A DNA stretch of 64,000 bases from Klebsiella pneumoniae (lineage in GTDB: Bacteria > Pseudomonadota > Gammaproteobacteria > Steroidobacterales > Steroidobacteraceae): positions 9,574 to 73,573 of the forward strand of contig CAMCBU010000010.1 in the NCBI GenBank assembly GCA_945873095.1, given 5' to 3'. Made by a program: the position numbers and the translations under genes. Below are positions 19,446-28,785 of this stretch, in pieces (position 1 is the stretch's first letter; each line of letters opens with the position of its first letter). Under the pieces are notes generated by a model. It saw only the letters and a program-made list of their open reading frames with translations, made no database searches and had not been told where the DNA came from.

Positions 19446-20589
19446 TTATCGTCGCTCCCCTGCGTTCGCCGAAGAATTCGACGGTCGGGTCGATCTGCGG
19501 CAGATCGGGTTTTGTCGTTCCCTGCGCGATCGCGGCGCGCACCTGCCACACATAGGTGAGCACCTTGGCAACCGCGAGATAGAGCGGCGCTGGGATCTCG
19601 CGGCCGACATCGATGTATCGGAACATGGCGCGGGCCAGCGGCGGCGCCGATACCAGCGGGACGCCGTGCCGCGCGGCCAGCTCACGAATCCGGGCCGCCA
19701 CTTCATCCGCACCTTTGGCCACGACGATCGGTGCGGCATGGCGTTGTTCGTCGTATCGCAGCGCCACTGCGAAGTGCGTCGGATTAGTCACGACCACGGT
19801 CGCCTCAGGCACGTCCTGCATCATGCGTCCGCGCGCCATGGTCGCCTGCACAGATCGAATTCGGCTGCGAGTCTCCGGTGAGCCGTCCGACTCTTTGTAC
19901 TCCTGCTTGATATCCTCGCGACTCATCCGCATTTCTTGCAGAAACTTCCACAACTGAAACGGGCCATCGATGAAGGCGATCACGATCAGCGTCGATGCCA
20001 TTGCGAGCGTCGCAAACGCCGTGATCTTTGCTACCGATAGAATCGCCGAGAGCACGGGCAGCTGCGCGAGATGTAGCAGTTGCTCGGTCTGCGACGATAA
20101 GACCAATACGCCGACGCCGCCCACGAAAACGAACTTGGCAAGCGACTTGACCAGTTCGACAGCGCTGCGCGCCGAGAACATCCTCGCGAAGCCGCTCAGA
20201 GGATTGATACGATTCGCTTTGAAGCCGAGCGCCTCGCTGCTGAAATTCCAACCGCCGATCAAGGCGGGCGCGAGAACGGCAGCGACGAAGGTCGCGCCGA
20301 GTAAGGGAGCGATCGCGAGCATGCCTTGCAGCGCTTCGAAACCCAAACTGCGTACCGTGTGATCGTCGTTCGCAAGATCAGCTGGGCTGACACGAAGCCC
20401 CGTGATCATGACCCGACCGAGCGACTCTGCTATGTCGCTGCCGAACAGGGTGAGCATGCCAACGGCCGTCAACGAGACGGCCGCAGCGCCCACATCCACG
20501 GAACGTGGCACCTGGCCCTTCTTACGTGCGTCATCGAGCTTCTTTGGAGTCGGTCGCTCGGTCCGTTCAGCGTTATCTTTCTCGGCCAT
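19438..20589 (-). CDS. flhB: flagellar export switch protein FlhB
   Basis: 383 aa with the autocleavage motif VVVTNPTHFAVAL. Confidence 0.97.
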   Translation of the reverse strand: MAEKDNAERTERPTPKKLDDARKKGQVPRSVDVGAAAVSLTAVGMLTLFGSDIAESLGRVMITGLRVSPADLANDDHTVRSLGFEALQGMLAIAPLLGATFVAAVLAPALIGGWNFSSEALGFKANRINPLSGFARMFSARSAVELVKSLAKFVFVGGVGVLVLSSQTEQLLHLAQLPVLSAILSVAKITAFATLAMASTLIVIAFIDGPFQLWKFLQEMRMSREDIKQEYKESDGSPETRSRIRSVQATMARGRMMQDVPEATVVVTNPTHFAVALRYDEQRHAAPIVVAKGADEVAARIRELAARHGVPLVSAPPLARAMFRYIDVGREIPAPLYLAVAKVLTYVWQVRAAIAQGTTKPDLPQIDPTVEFFGERRGATING

Positions 20590-20591
20590 GC

Positions 20592-21389
20592 TCAGTTCCC
20601 GACGCCTGTCGACGAGACTTGCAGCAGTTGTTGCATGGACTCGGTCACCTGCGCGTATAGAGCGACGAATCCTTGCTGCAAGCCCGGCAGACCGATATCG
20701 ATGACCAAGAGCCCAAAGATGATGGTGATCGGAAAGCCGATAGCGAAGATGTTCAAGGTCGGCGCCGCGCGACTGATCAATCCGAAGGCGATATTGGCGA
20801 CGAGCAATGCCGCGAGACCCGGTAATGCCAATAACAACGCACCGCTGAAGAGCAAACTACCGCTTTGCAACAACGCGCGCAGCCCGTTGTCGCCGAGACC
20901 CTGCGCTCCGATCGGTAGCGTTCGAAAACCATCGACTAGCAAGCTCAGCAGTGCGAGATGCCCATCGAGTGCGAGGAAAGTCAGCGTTACGAATAGCACG
21001 TAAAACTGTCCCACGGCGGCAGTTGCCGCACCTCGCAGCGGATCGACATTGAACGCGAAAGACAGGCCCATCGAGTTTGCGATCAACTGACCGGCAAGTC
21101 CGACCGCATCGAAGACCAACTGCGCGAGAAATCCAAGCCCGACGCCAATCAAGATTTGCTGCGCGATGATCGCCACGCCGGGGAGAGACCACAGGCTAAG
21201 GTCGGTCGGCACAGTGACCCACGGCACCACAACGATGGCGATACCCCCTGCCAATACGATACGCAGCCGCGCCGGGACAAAGGGAGCTCCAAAGATCGGT
21301 GCGACCATCACAAAAGCACCAATGCGCGTGAACGGCAGAAACCACTCTGCCATCCAACGACTCCACTCTGCTTCTGAGATTTCAAGCAT
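20592..21389 (-). CDS. fliR: flagellar export apparatus protein FliR
   Basis: 265 aa polytopic membrane protein between fliQ and flhB. Confidence 0.93.
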   Translation of the reverse strand: MLEISEAEWSRWMAEWFLPFTRIGAFVMVAPIFGAPFVPARLRIVLAGGIAIVVVPWVTVPTDLSLWSLPGVAIIAQQILIGVGLGFLAQLVFDAVGLAGQLIANSMGLSFAFNVDPLRGAATAAVGQFYVLFVTLTFLALDGHLALLSLLVDGFRTLPIGAQGLGDNGLRALLQSGSLLFSGALLLALPGLAALLVANIAFGLISRAAPTLNIFAIGFPITIIFGLLVIDIGLPGLQQGFVALYAQVTESMQQLLQVSSTGVGN

Positions 21390-21398
21390 GTTCTGGTG

Positions 21399-21668
21399 TC
21401 AACGTATCAGCGAGGGAATGTTCATGATCAGCGTACGGGTGTAGTCGACCAGCAGCTTGAGCATCCACGGCCCCGCGATGGCGATCGCAGCGGTCATGCC
21501 GATCAGCTTCGGGATGAAGCTCAAGGTCATTTCGTTGATCTGCGTCGCAGCCTGAAAGATGCCAATCAGCAGACCGATCGCGAGCGTGACCAGTAACATC
21601 GGCGCCGCGATCAGAATCATCGTTTGCATCGCGTTCTGGCCGATCGACATGACGGTTTCCGGGCTCAC
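21399..21668 (-). CDS. fliQ: flagellar export apparatus protein FliQ
   Basis: The GTG at 21668 overlaps the fliP stop (GTGA) and gives an 89-aa product, (V)[13 protein letters not shown]...[17 protein letters not shown]. The ORF-track start at 21710 adds a non-homologous extension. Confidence 0.93.
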   Translation of the reverse strand: MSPETVMSIGQNAMQTMILIAAPMLLVTLAIGLLIGIFQAATQINEMTLSFIPKLIGMTAAIAIAGPWMLKLLVDYTRTLIMNIPSLIR

Positions 21669-22435
21669 AGATAAAAGCTCCCGGCGATCGAATCCATGAC
21701 CAAGGACCAACCATCCACCATGACGAACAACATCAGTTTGAACGGCAGGGAGATCAGAACCGGAGAGAGCATCATCATGCCCATCGACATCAGCACGCTC
21801 GCAACGACGAGATCGATGATCACGAAGGGAATGAACAGCAGAAAACCGATCGTGAAGGCGGTCTTGAGCTCGCTGGTCACGAAGGCCGGCACGAGGATCG
21901 ACAGCGGCACGTCCGCGGGTTTGTCGAAGCCCTGGCCGCCGGACATGCGAACGAAGGTGGCGATATCGGCCTCGCGAGTTTGGTCGAGCATGAAGCCCTT
22001 CAGGGGCACGAGTGCGCGATCTATCGCAACGGTGGTTTCGATAGTTCCTTTGGAATACGGCTCAAAGGCCTCGACATTGATCCGATCGATCACCGGCCCC
22101 ATCACGAACAACGTCATGAACAAGGCAAGCCCGATCAACACCTGATTAGGGGGCGTCTGCCCAGCGCCGATGGCCTGTCGCAAAATTCCAAGCACGATGA
22201 TGATGCGCGTGAACGCCGTCATCATTAGCACGATCGCTGGCAGCAACGTGAGCGCGGTCATCAATAACAGCGCCTGCAGGGTCAGGCTATAGGTTTGGCC
22301 GCCACCGGCTGCTTCCTTGACCGTCAATGCCGGCAGACCGATGTTGAGCGCATCCTGAGCGTGCGCAGGCGTCAGCGCCGTCAGTGCCGTCAGCGCCGTT
22401 AAAGCCGCGATGAGCACGACGCTGCGCGTTCTCAT
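21665..22435 (-). CDS. fliP: flagellar export apparatus protein FliP
   Basis: 256 aa with the conserved core [27 protein letters not shown]. The cleavable signal peptide contains an (ALT)4 repeat. Confidence 0.96.
   Translation of the reverse strand: MRTRSVVLIAALTALTALTALTPAHAQDALNIGLPALTVKEAAGGGQTYSLTLQALLLMTALTLLPAIVLMMTAFTRIIIVLGILRQAIGAGQTPPNQVLIGLALFMTLFVMGPVIDRINVEAFEPYSKGTIETTVAIDRALVPLKGFMLDQTREADIATFVRMSGGQGFDKPADVPLSILVPAFVTSELKTAFTIGFLLFIPFVIIDLVVASVLMSMGMMMLSPVLISLPFKLMLFVMVDGWSLVMDSIAGSFYL
22371..22406 (-). repeat. 4 x 9-bp tandem repeat encoding (ALT)4 in the FliP signal peptide
   Basis: The units are gtcagcgcc / gtcagtgcc / gtcagcgcc / gttaaagcc. Confidence 0.8.
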
Positions 22436-22866
22436 CGGCCGAGCCCCTTCTTGAGCACCTCGAGAAAACTCGGTACGGCGGCCGCCGCGGCAACCGCCGT
22501 TTCAGTGACGCTCTCGGGCGTCTCGGTCGCCACGTAGCGGTGCAGCAGCGTGACGCGCCCTTCACCGATGCCGAGGACGAGGCGTGTGCCTTCGGTCTCC
22601 AACACGATCGCGCGCTCTTTATTGCCAAGCACAACTTCATCGATGACCTTTAGGTGTCCGACACGGCTGCGCGGCGTGACTTTCATACGACGCACGACTG
22701 CAGCGACGACGAGAACCGCGGCGATCACGATCAGCAGCGAGAAGAACATTTGCAGCAGACCGCCACCGCTCGTGACGGAACGCTCCGCAGCCGCCATCGC
22801 CGGATCGGCGAAGCGCGCGGTTTTTTCGCTCACCAGAATCCACGGTGATGTGAGCTCGCGAATCAT
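22432..22866 (-). CDS. fliO: flagellar protein FliO
   Basis: 144 aa single-TM protein between fliN and fliP, with overlapping junctions. Confidence 0.85.
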   Translation of the reverse strand: MIRELTSPWILVSEKTARFADPAMAAAERSVTSGGGLLQMFFSLLIVIAAVLVVAAVVRRMKVTPRSRVGHLKVIDEVVLGNKERAIVLETEGTRLVLGIGEGRVTLLHRYVATETPESVTETAVAAAAAVPSFLEVLKKGLGR

Positions 22867-23207
22867 TTGAGCTTCCGAATTCGCTCGGCGGGGCTCACCA
22901 CATCGGTCAACCGAATACCAAATTTGTCGTTGACGATCACGACTTCACCGTGCGCTACGAGGGTGCCATTGACGAAGACATCGAGCGGATCGCCTGCAAT
23001 ACGATCGAGCTCGACCACCGAGCCTTGATTGAGCTGCAGCAGATTGCGTATCGGAATACGTGTGCGACCGACCTCGAGTGACAGCGTCACCGGCACCTCG
23101 AGAATCACGTCCAACTTGACGTCGGCCTGCGCACCGTCGACCGATCCGTCGGTCGGTACGCCGGACGGAGGGTCAAGGGGATCGAAGGGAGCCTGGTTTT
23201 CGTTCAT
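22863..23207 (-). CDS. fliN: flagellar motor switch protein FliN
   Basis: 114 aa SpoA domain (IRNLLQLNQGSVVELD...VIVNDKFGIRLTDV). Confidence 0.95.
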   Translation of the reverse strand: MNENQAPFDPLDPPSGVPTDGSVDGAQADVKLDVILEVPVTLSLEVGRTRIPIRNLLQLNQGSVVELDRIAGDPLDVFVNGTLVAHGEVVIVNDKFGIRLTDVVSPAERIRKLK

Positions 23208-24208
23208 GATGGAAATCCTGTGTTGGCGTGCGACGCCTCCGGTGAGAAGCGCTGTTCCACCTTCACCGACAATTGACCGCGCGAGGCGCCAAAGCGTCCT
23301 CGAAAGACCGGCACGTCCTCGGCGAACACCAGCGCGCTACCATTGAAATCGCAGGGAATGACATCGCCTGCTTTGAGGTCGATCAGTTTCGCGAGCGGAA
23401 TTTGACTGCGCCCCACGAGGGCGTTGATGGCGACTTCCGCATCCTGCAGCTCCTCGCGCAGGCTACGACTCAGACGACGATCTGTTTCGGCTGCCTCGTC
23501 GCGAAAGGTCCGCTCTAATGCGCCACGAATCGGCTCGATCATGCTGTACGGAACCGCGGTGATCAGCCGACTCTTGCCGCCCATGATTTCGATATCGAAG
23601 TCAGACACGAGCAGGACTTCGTTCGGGTTCATGATGTTGGCGAAGTGTGGATTCGTCTCGGCCTGTACGAACTCGATCTTCACGGGCATGACGGTCGCCC
23701 ACGACTCGGTCAGATCCTTGATGGCCGCATCACGGAACAACTGTACGAGCCGCATTTCCGCGCCCGTGAAATCACGTCCGGTAATTTTTTGTACTCGACC
23801 TCGTCCGCCGAAGAAGTTATCGACGATCGAGGCGACGAGCTCGGAAGTCATGAGTACGAGTAAAGAGCCGCGCAAGGGACTCATGCGCAGCACATTGATA
23901 CCGATCGGCGCTTCGAGCTCCCGAATGAACTCGGAATACTTAAGGGTCCGGAAGGGATTGGTCTCGATCGCGGCTGGACGACGCAGCGCCGACATGACAC
24001 TGCTGCGAAACGCGCGACCGAAGCGCTCGTTGATCAAGTCGAAGGTCGGCATGCGACCGCGCAGTATGCGAACCTCACGGCCGAGATCGTAGCGGCGGGC
24101 GTCGACGGCACGATCCTCCCCGCTCGTACTGACGCGACCCTCGCTCATTCCGGCGAGTAATGCGTCGACCTCTTGCTGATTCAGTATCGGCTCGCTCGGG
24201 TTCGCCAC
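23204..24208 (-). CDS. fliM: flagellar motor switch protein FliM
   Basis: 334 aa. N-terminal LNQQEVDALLAG (CheY-P binding-type motif), then the FliM middle domain and a C-terminal SpoA domain. Confidence 0.96.
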   Translation of the reverse strand: MANPSEPILNQQEVDALLAGMSEGRVSTSGEDRAVDARRYDLGREVRILRGRMPTFDLINERFGRAFRSSVMSALRRPAAIETNPFRTLKYSEFIRELEAPIGINVLRMSPLRGSLLVLMTSELVASIVDNFFGGRGRVQKITGRDFTGAEMRLVQLFRDAAIKDLTESWATVMPVKIEFVQAETNPHFANIMNPNEVLLVSDFDIEIMGGKSRLITAVPYSMIEPIRGALERTFRDEAAETDRRLSRSLREELQDAEVAINALVGRSQIPLAKLIDLKAGDVIPCDFNGSALVFAEDVPVFRGRFGASRGQLSVKVEQRFSPEASHANTGFPS

Positions 24209-24219
24209 GGCTTGAATCC

Positions 24220-24735
24220 TTACTGCATCACGAGACTGGTGAAGAGCACCGTCTCCACGGATTCGGGCTTGCCGCCCGCTTGCTTCACCGAGTTGCGAAC
24301 CGTCGTGATCGCCTCCTCGCGCAGGGCTTTTTTGCCTGCCGCCAACGACAGCTTTTCTGCATCCTGCTGACTGAACAGCATCAGCAGGTCGTTACGAATG
24401 ATCGGCTCCTGTGATTTCAGCAGCACCATGGTTTCTTCGGACCGCGTCGCAACACGGACGCTGACCTGCAAGAAGCGAAACGCCTGTGATCCCTCGAAGT
24501 TCGCGACGAACGGCGGATCGAGTGCATAAAACATCAAGGCTTTCATTGCACTGGTGGATGCCGCTTCGGCAACCGGCTTTTGCGAGGACTTCCAAAAAAA
24601 GAATCCACCGCCGCCAACGGCGGCCAACAGCACGACGGCAAGACTCAGCCAGAGAGTTTTACGAGACTTTTTCGGTGCTTCGATCTCGTCGGCTGGATTG
24701 ACCTCCAACGCCTTTGGGTCTGCTGCTTTTGCCAC
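24220..24735 (-). CDS. fliL: flagellar basal-body-associated protein FliL
   Basis: 171 aa with a single TM helix and a FliL C-terminal domain. GTG start preceded by GGGGAGAG. Confidence 0.9.
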   Translation of the reverse strand: MAKAADPKALEVNPADEIEAPKKSRKTLWLSLAVVLLAAVGGGGFFFWKSSQKPVAEAASTSAMKALMFYALDPPFVANFEGSQAFRFLQVSVRVATRSEETMVLLKSQEPIIRNDLLMLFSQQDAEKLSLAAGKKALREEAITTVRNSVKQAGGKPESVETVLFTSLVMQ

Positions 24736-24778
24736 TCGACTCTCCCCGACATTGCAATGACAGTCGAGTAGTTAAAGA

Positions 24779-24793
24779 GCAATTGGCATGCCA
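24779..24793 (-). promoter_or_regulatory. sigma54 -24/-12 promoter upstream of fliL
   Basis: The minus strand reads TGGCATGCCAATTGC (GG-N10-GC with exact spacing). The predicted TSS is about 24767, 32 nt before the fliL GTG. Confidence 0.65.
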
Positions 24794-24802
24794 GCCTCAT
24801 TC

Positions 24803-24816
24803 GTCAACGCGATGAC
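24803..24816 (-). promoter_or_regulatory. GTCA-N6-TGAC palindrome 9 nt upstream of the fliL sigma54 element (possible FleQ box)
   Basis: GTCAACGCGATGAC. It has the same half-sites and spacing as the palindrome at 48847-48860 and overlaps the fliK stop codon. Confidence 0.3.
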
Positions 24817-25331
24817 GCCCCACGAATGACACCGAGTAGGCTCGTGATCTCGGCCTCCGAATCGTTCCGTTCTGAATCCATATCGACGCGTCGTGCACTG
24901 CTCGGCAGCACCGAATAGCGCACGAGCTGTAGTCCCTCCTCGGCTAACATCTCGCCCAACAAGGCGGCGTGTTGCTCGAGCAAGGCGGCGGCGTTCGCAT
25001 CGTCTGTCATGAGAGAAACCTGCACTTGGTCGCCCTCTCGCGAGATCTCGATCTGCAGATGGCCAAGCTCGGCCGTCTCCCACTGTAAGGAGATCTCCGA
25101 ACCACCCTCCGAGACGCGAACGACCAGTTGTTCCAGCACGGCTTGTGAGTCGAGTGGCGCAGCGACCTCGGTTGTCGGCGGTACTTCAGCTGCTGCGGAG
25201 CTCGCAAACGTACCGAGTAACCCCTCGAACTCAGCCCGCTCTGCCTGGCGATGTCGATCGGGGCGTAGGCGATCCAGATCTCGCTCGGTATTGAGCCAAT
25301 GGACGTGGGACACTCTCGCTTGCTCCGTCAA
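24804..25331 (-). CDS. fliK: unusually short FliK-like protein (hook-length control C-terminal domain only)
   Basis: The segment EISLQWETAELGHLQIEISREGDQVQVSLMTDDANAAALLEQHAALLGEMLAEEGLQL matches the Flg_hook/T3S4 domain pattern. Position between fliJ and fliL is as for fliK. The start is TTG 25331 (overlapping the fliJ stop) or GTG 25313, so the product is at most 175 aa. Confidence 0.75.
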   Translation of the reverse strand: MTEQARVSHVHWLNTERDLDRLRPDRHRQAERAEFEGLLGTFASSAAAEVPPTTEVAAPLDSQAVLEQLVVRVSEGGSEISLQWETAELGHLQIEISREGDQVQVSLMTDDANAAALLEQHAALLGEMLAEEGLQLVRYSVLPSSARRVDMDSERNDSEAEITSLLGVIRGASSR

Positions 25332-25780
25332 GCCGCGCTGATGCGTTGCCGCACGTAAGCCAACTGTCCTTGCTCATCAGTCGCTTGCTGCTCCTGCCGA
25401 GACTCGATCAAGCGTTCTTCGCTACGCCAACGCTCGACGACAGCCCCCACGGTCCGATTTTGGACGGCGGCCTCTTGTAATCGCTGTATCGCTTGGTCGC
25501 GCTCGCGGCGATATCGCTGAACCAGCTCCCCTTGTTGCCGTACGGCATCACCGAGACGCGCGATGAAGGCGTGAAAGTCGAGCAGTGCGACACCGCTGAT
25601 GCCCTGCAGCACCCGAGCGCCGAGACCGGCTTGATACTCTTGGCGATAGCGTTGCAGATCCTGTAGTTGAGTCTCGGCGGTGGTGAGGCGTTGATCCGCA
25701 CTCTGCACGAGCGCCGCACAGTCACGCTCGGCCTGCTCGAGCGTTTCACGATAATGCGTGATGCGCTGTTCGCGTTTCAT
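25328..25780 (-). CDS. fliJ: flagellar export chaperone/stalk protein FliJ
   Basis: 150 aa all-coiled-coil protein following fliI (ATGA overlap). Confidence 0.88.
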   Translation of the reverse strand: MKREQRITHYRETLEQAERDCAALVQSADQRLTTAETQLQDLQRYRQEYQAGLGARVLQGISGVALLDFHAFIARLGDAVRQQGELVQRYRRERDQAIQRLQEAAVQNRTVGAVVERWRSEERLIESRQEQQATDEQGQLAYVRQRISAA

Positions 25781-27120
25781 GTGCTCGCCTGCTGCACGAG
25801 CTCACGAAGGTTGCCGATACTGTCGCTCAGACTCGCCTTGTCGAGAGGCCGTTGGGCGAGTAAAGCCGAAATTTTCGGCCACAGCGTCACGGCACGATCG
25901 AGCGTCGGATTGGCGCCCGGCTTCCATGCACCGAGATTGACGAGCTCGCGAGATTGGTTGTAAACCGACATCAACTCGCGCAGGCGCCGAGCCGATTCGA
26001 AATGCTGCGGCGCCGTGATCTCGTGCATCACGCGGCTGATCGACGCCTCGATATCGATTGCCGGATAGTGGCCGCTCTCGGCGATACGTCGCGACAGCAC
26101 GATATGCCCATCGAGTATGGCGCGCGCGGCATCGGCGATCGGATCCTGTTGATCATCGCCCTCGGTCAAGACGGTGTAGAAGGCCGTGATCGAACCGCCG
26201 CCTTTGACGCCGTTGCCCGCACGCTCGACGAGCCGCGGTAACAGAGCGAACACCGATGGTGGATAACCCTTGGTCGCCGGCGCCTCGCCAACCGCTAGAC
26301 CGATCTCGCGCTGCGCTTGCGCATATCGCGTCAACGAATCCATCAACAGCAGCACTGAGCGGCCGGTATCGCGAAAATATTCTGCGATGGTGGTCGCAAG
26401 CATGGCGCCCTGTAGTCGCATCAAGGGAGCCGTATCCGCCGGCGCAGCGACGACGACCGCGCGACGTCGATCATCCGGCCCGAGAATGCGATCGACGAAT
26501 TCCTTCACTTCGCGCCCACGCTCGCCGATGAGCCCCACGACGATCACATCGGCGTTGGTGTGTCTTGCCATCATGCCGAGCAGCACGCTTTTGCCGACAC
26601 CGCTGCCGGCGAACAGTCCGACGCGCTGCCCGCGACCGATCGTCAAGGCAGCATTGATCGCGCGCACGCCCACATCCAGCGGCTCGTCGATCGGGTGTCG
26701 CTCCAAAGGGTTCACGGGCACGCCGGCGAGCGGCCGCAGGTGCATTCCGGCCAAACGACCGCGATCATCGAGAGGTCTACCGGCGGCATCGATGATACGA
26801 CCGAGTAATCCCTCGCCGATCCGAACCTTGCCCGACTGACGACTCGGGATAACACGCGTTTGCGGATCGAGACCCTGGATGGGTCCGGTCGGCATGAGGT
26901 ATAGCTTGTCGCCCGCGAATCCGACGACTTCAGACTCTGAGTCACTACCGTTGCTCGCGAGCAATCGACAACGATCCCCGACGGCCGCGCGACAGCCACT
27001 CGCCTCGAGCATCAAGCCGACCATACGCGAGAGGCGCCCTTCCACGATCGGTTGCCGAAAATCCTGCAAGCGTTCGAGGCGCTGCGCCAAACGGCGGTTG
27101 AGCTCGGGCGCGTGCGACAC
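25777..27120 (-). CDS. fliI: flagellum-specific ATPase FliI
   Basis: 447 aa. Walker [14 protein letters not shown], Walker [10 protein letters not shown]. Confidence 0.97.
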   Translation of the reverse strand: MSHAPELNRRLAQRLERLQDFRQPIVEGRLSRMVGLMLEASGCRAAVGDRCRLLASNGSDSESEVVGFAGDKLYLMPTGPIQGLDPQTRVIPSRQSGKVRIGEGLLGRIIDAAGRPLDDRGRLAGMHLRPLAGVPVNPLERHPIDEPLDVGVRAINAALTIGRGQRVGLFAGSGVGKSVLLGMMARHTNADVIVVGLIGERGREVKEFVDRILGPDDRRRAVVVAAPADTAPLMRLQGAMLATTIAEYFRDTGRSVLLLMDSLTRYAQAQREIGLAVGEAPATKGYPPSVFALLPRLVERAGNGVKGGGSITAFYTVLTEGDDQQDPIADAARAILDGHIVLSRRIAESGHYPAIDIEASISRVMHEITAPQHFESARRLRELMSVYNQSRELVNLGAWKPGANPTLDRAVTLWPKISALLAQRPLDKASLSDSIGNLRELVQQAST

Positions 27121-27773
27121 TAGCGGCCCTCCTCGCTGTCGAGCTCTGCGGTGATGTCGCCGACCCCGTTGATCGCACCATCACCCAAAGATTGCTCCAT
27201 GATGAGGCGAAGTCGCTCCTCGAGTGTCGCATCGATCCGCGAGTCGCCAACGACGACACGGCATCCACCACGGCCGACCTCCGCGCTCGCGGTCAAAGTC
27301 CAATTCGTCTCCCCGTGCAGAGCATCGACGCGGGCGCGCACAGCCTGCAGATCTTGCGGGTGCAGATACACCTGAAGATCGCGGTTGGCGAGCGGCAACT
27401 CCGTCAACGCCCGGCGAATGATTTCAGTGACGTGTCCTGGCTCGATCCGAAGTTCGCGTCGAGCCAACTCGCCACCCACCCGGATGGCGAGCACCGTCAA
27501 TTCCTGCACCGCCACCTCGTCGAGCCGCTCCAACGGGCGTGCCAACTCGCGCAGGAGATGATCGAGTTTTACGATGCGCTCATCGAGCTGACGCTGTTTG
27601 CCCTGAATTTCAGCTGCTGCCGCCGCAAGACCCTCGGAACGGCCGCGCTGGAAGCCGGCCTCGGCGATGGCGCGAGATTCTCTCTCGAGCTCGGAGGCGT
27701 CCGGACTGCGTCCACGAAAAGTCACCAGCGGACCGCTAACTCGCGGCGGCGCCCATGCAGCAGCGTCAGACAT
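27120..27773 (-). CDS. fliH: flagellar assembly protein FliH
   Basis: Start taken at ATG 27773 (MSDAAAW...), 8 nt overlapping the fliG end. FliH/YscL-like C-terminus. The ORF-track start at 27815 is inside fliG. Confidence 0.88.
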   Translation of the reverse strand: MSDAAAWAPPRVSGPLVTFRGRSPDASELERESRAIAEAGFQRGRSEGLAAAAAEIQGKQRQLDERIVKLDHLLRELARPLERLDEVAVQELTVLAIRVGGELARRELRIEPGHVTEIIRRALTELPLANRDLQVYLHPQDLQAVRARVDALHGETNWTLTASAEVGRGGCRVVVGDSRIDATLEERLRLIMEQSLGDGAINGVGDITAELDSEEGR

Positions 27774-28785
27774 ACGTCTCTCCGCCGCGAGCGCCCAACG
27801 TAATCGTGCCCTCATCCGAGAGCCGGCGTGCGATTTCGAGAATTTCGCGCTGCGCGTTCTCCACCTCGGAGAGCTTCACCGGCAGAGCCGCCTCGAGATC
27901 GTCACGCAGCATCTCGGCTGCACGTTGCGACATGTTGCTGAAGATCTTGTCGCGCAAACGATCATCGGCGCCCTTGATCGCAAGCAGCAATTTATCGCTC
28001 GAGACTTGGCGCAGCAGTTCTTGCATGCTCCGATCGTCGACCTCGATGAGGTTGTCGAACACGAACACGAGATCCTGAATCTTCGCACCCAAATCCGGAT
28101 CGGCTTCTTTGAGCTCGCGCATCACTATGTTTTCGATGCGTGGCTCCAAGAAGTTCACGATATCCGCCACGATCTTGGGACCGGCGAAGCCTGCCGCTTG
28201 CAAGCGAGTGGCATTACCGAGCTGGCGCTCCATCACCGCGTCGAGCTCCTCGAGTGCATCCGGTTGGATACCCTCGACCGTCGCCACTCGCATCAATAGG
28301 TCGGTATGCATCTCCGGCGGTAGACAAGCCAAAATCCGCGCCGCCTGCGCCGCTTCGAGTTGCGAGAGAATGATGGCGATAATCTGCGGATGCTCGACTC
28401 GAATCAGATCCGCGACGGCCTTAGGCTCCATATATTTCAGGGAGTCGAGACCTTTGCTGGCACGCCCGAGCAGAATTTGGTCGATGAGGTTGGCCGCAGC
28501 GGTTTCGCCGAGCGCCTCGATGAGCGCGTTCCGCACGAATTCCGTATTAGCGACACCCACGGAAGTCTGACTCTCGGCGTCAGAAATGAAGTTCGAGATC
28601 ACCTCGCTCGCCTCGTCACGCGACACATCGGAAATCTGTGCCATCGCGGCGCCCAACTTCTGCACCAGCTTCGCGGGCAGATTCTTGAGCACCATAGCCG
28701 CCTCACGCTCACCGAGCGTCAGCAGCAGAATCGCGGCGCGATCGATCCCCGCGCGAACATCGCTACCTAACGAGAGATCAGCCAT
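27766..28785 (-). CDS. fliG: flagellar motor switch protein FliG
   Basis: 339 aa with conserved LVFVFDNLIEVDDRSMQ and the C-terminal torque-helix region. Confidence 0.97.
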   Translation of the reverse strand: MADLSLGSDVRAGIDRAAILLLTLGEREAAMVLKNLPAKLVQKLGAAMAQISDVSRDEASEVISNFISDAESQTSVGVANTEFVRNALIEALGETAAANLIDQILLGRASKGLDSLKYMEPKAVADLIRVEHPQIIAIILSQLEAAQAARILACLPPEMHTDLLMRVATVEGIQPDALEELDAVMERQLGNATRLQAAGFAGPKIVADIVNFLEPRIENIVMRELKEADPDLGAKIQDLVFVFDNLIEVDDRSMQELLRQVSSDKLLLAIKGADDRLRDKIFSNMSQRAAEMLRDDLEAALPVKLSEVENAQREILEIARRLSDEGTITLGARGGETYV

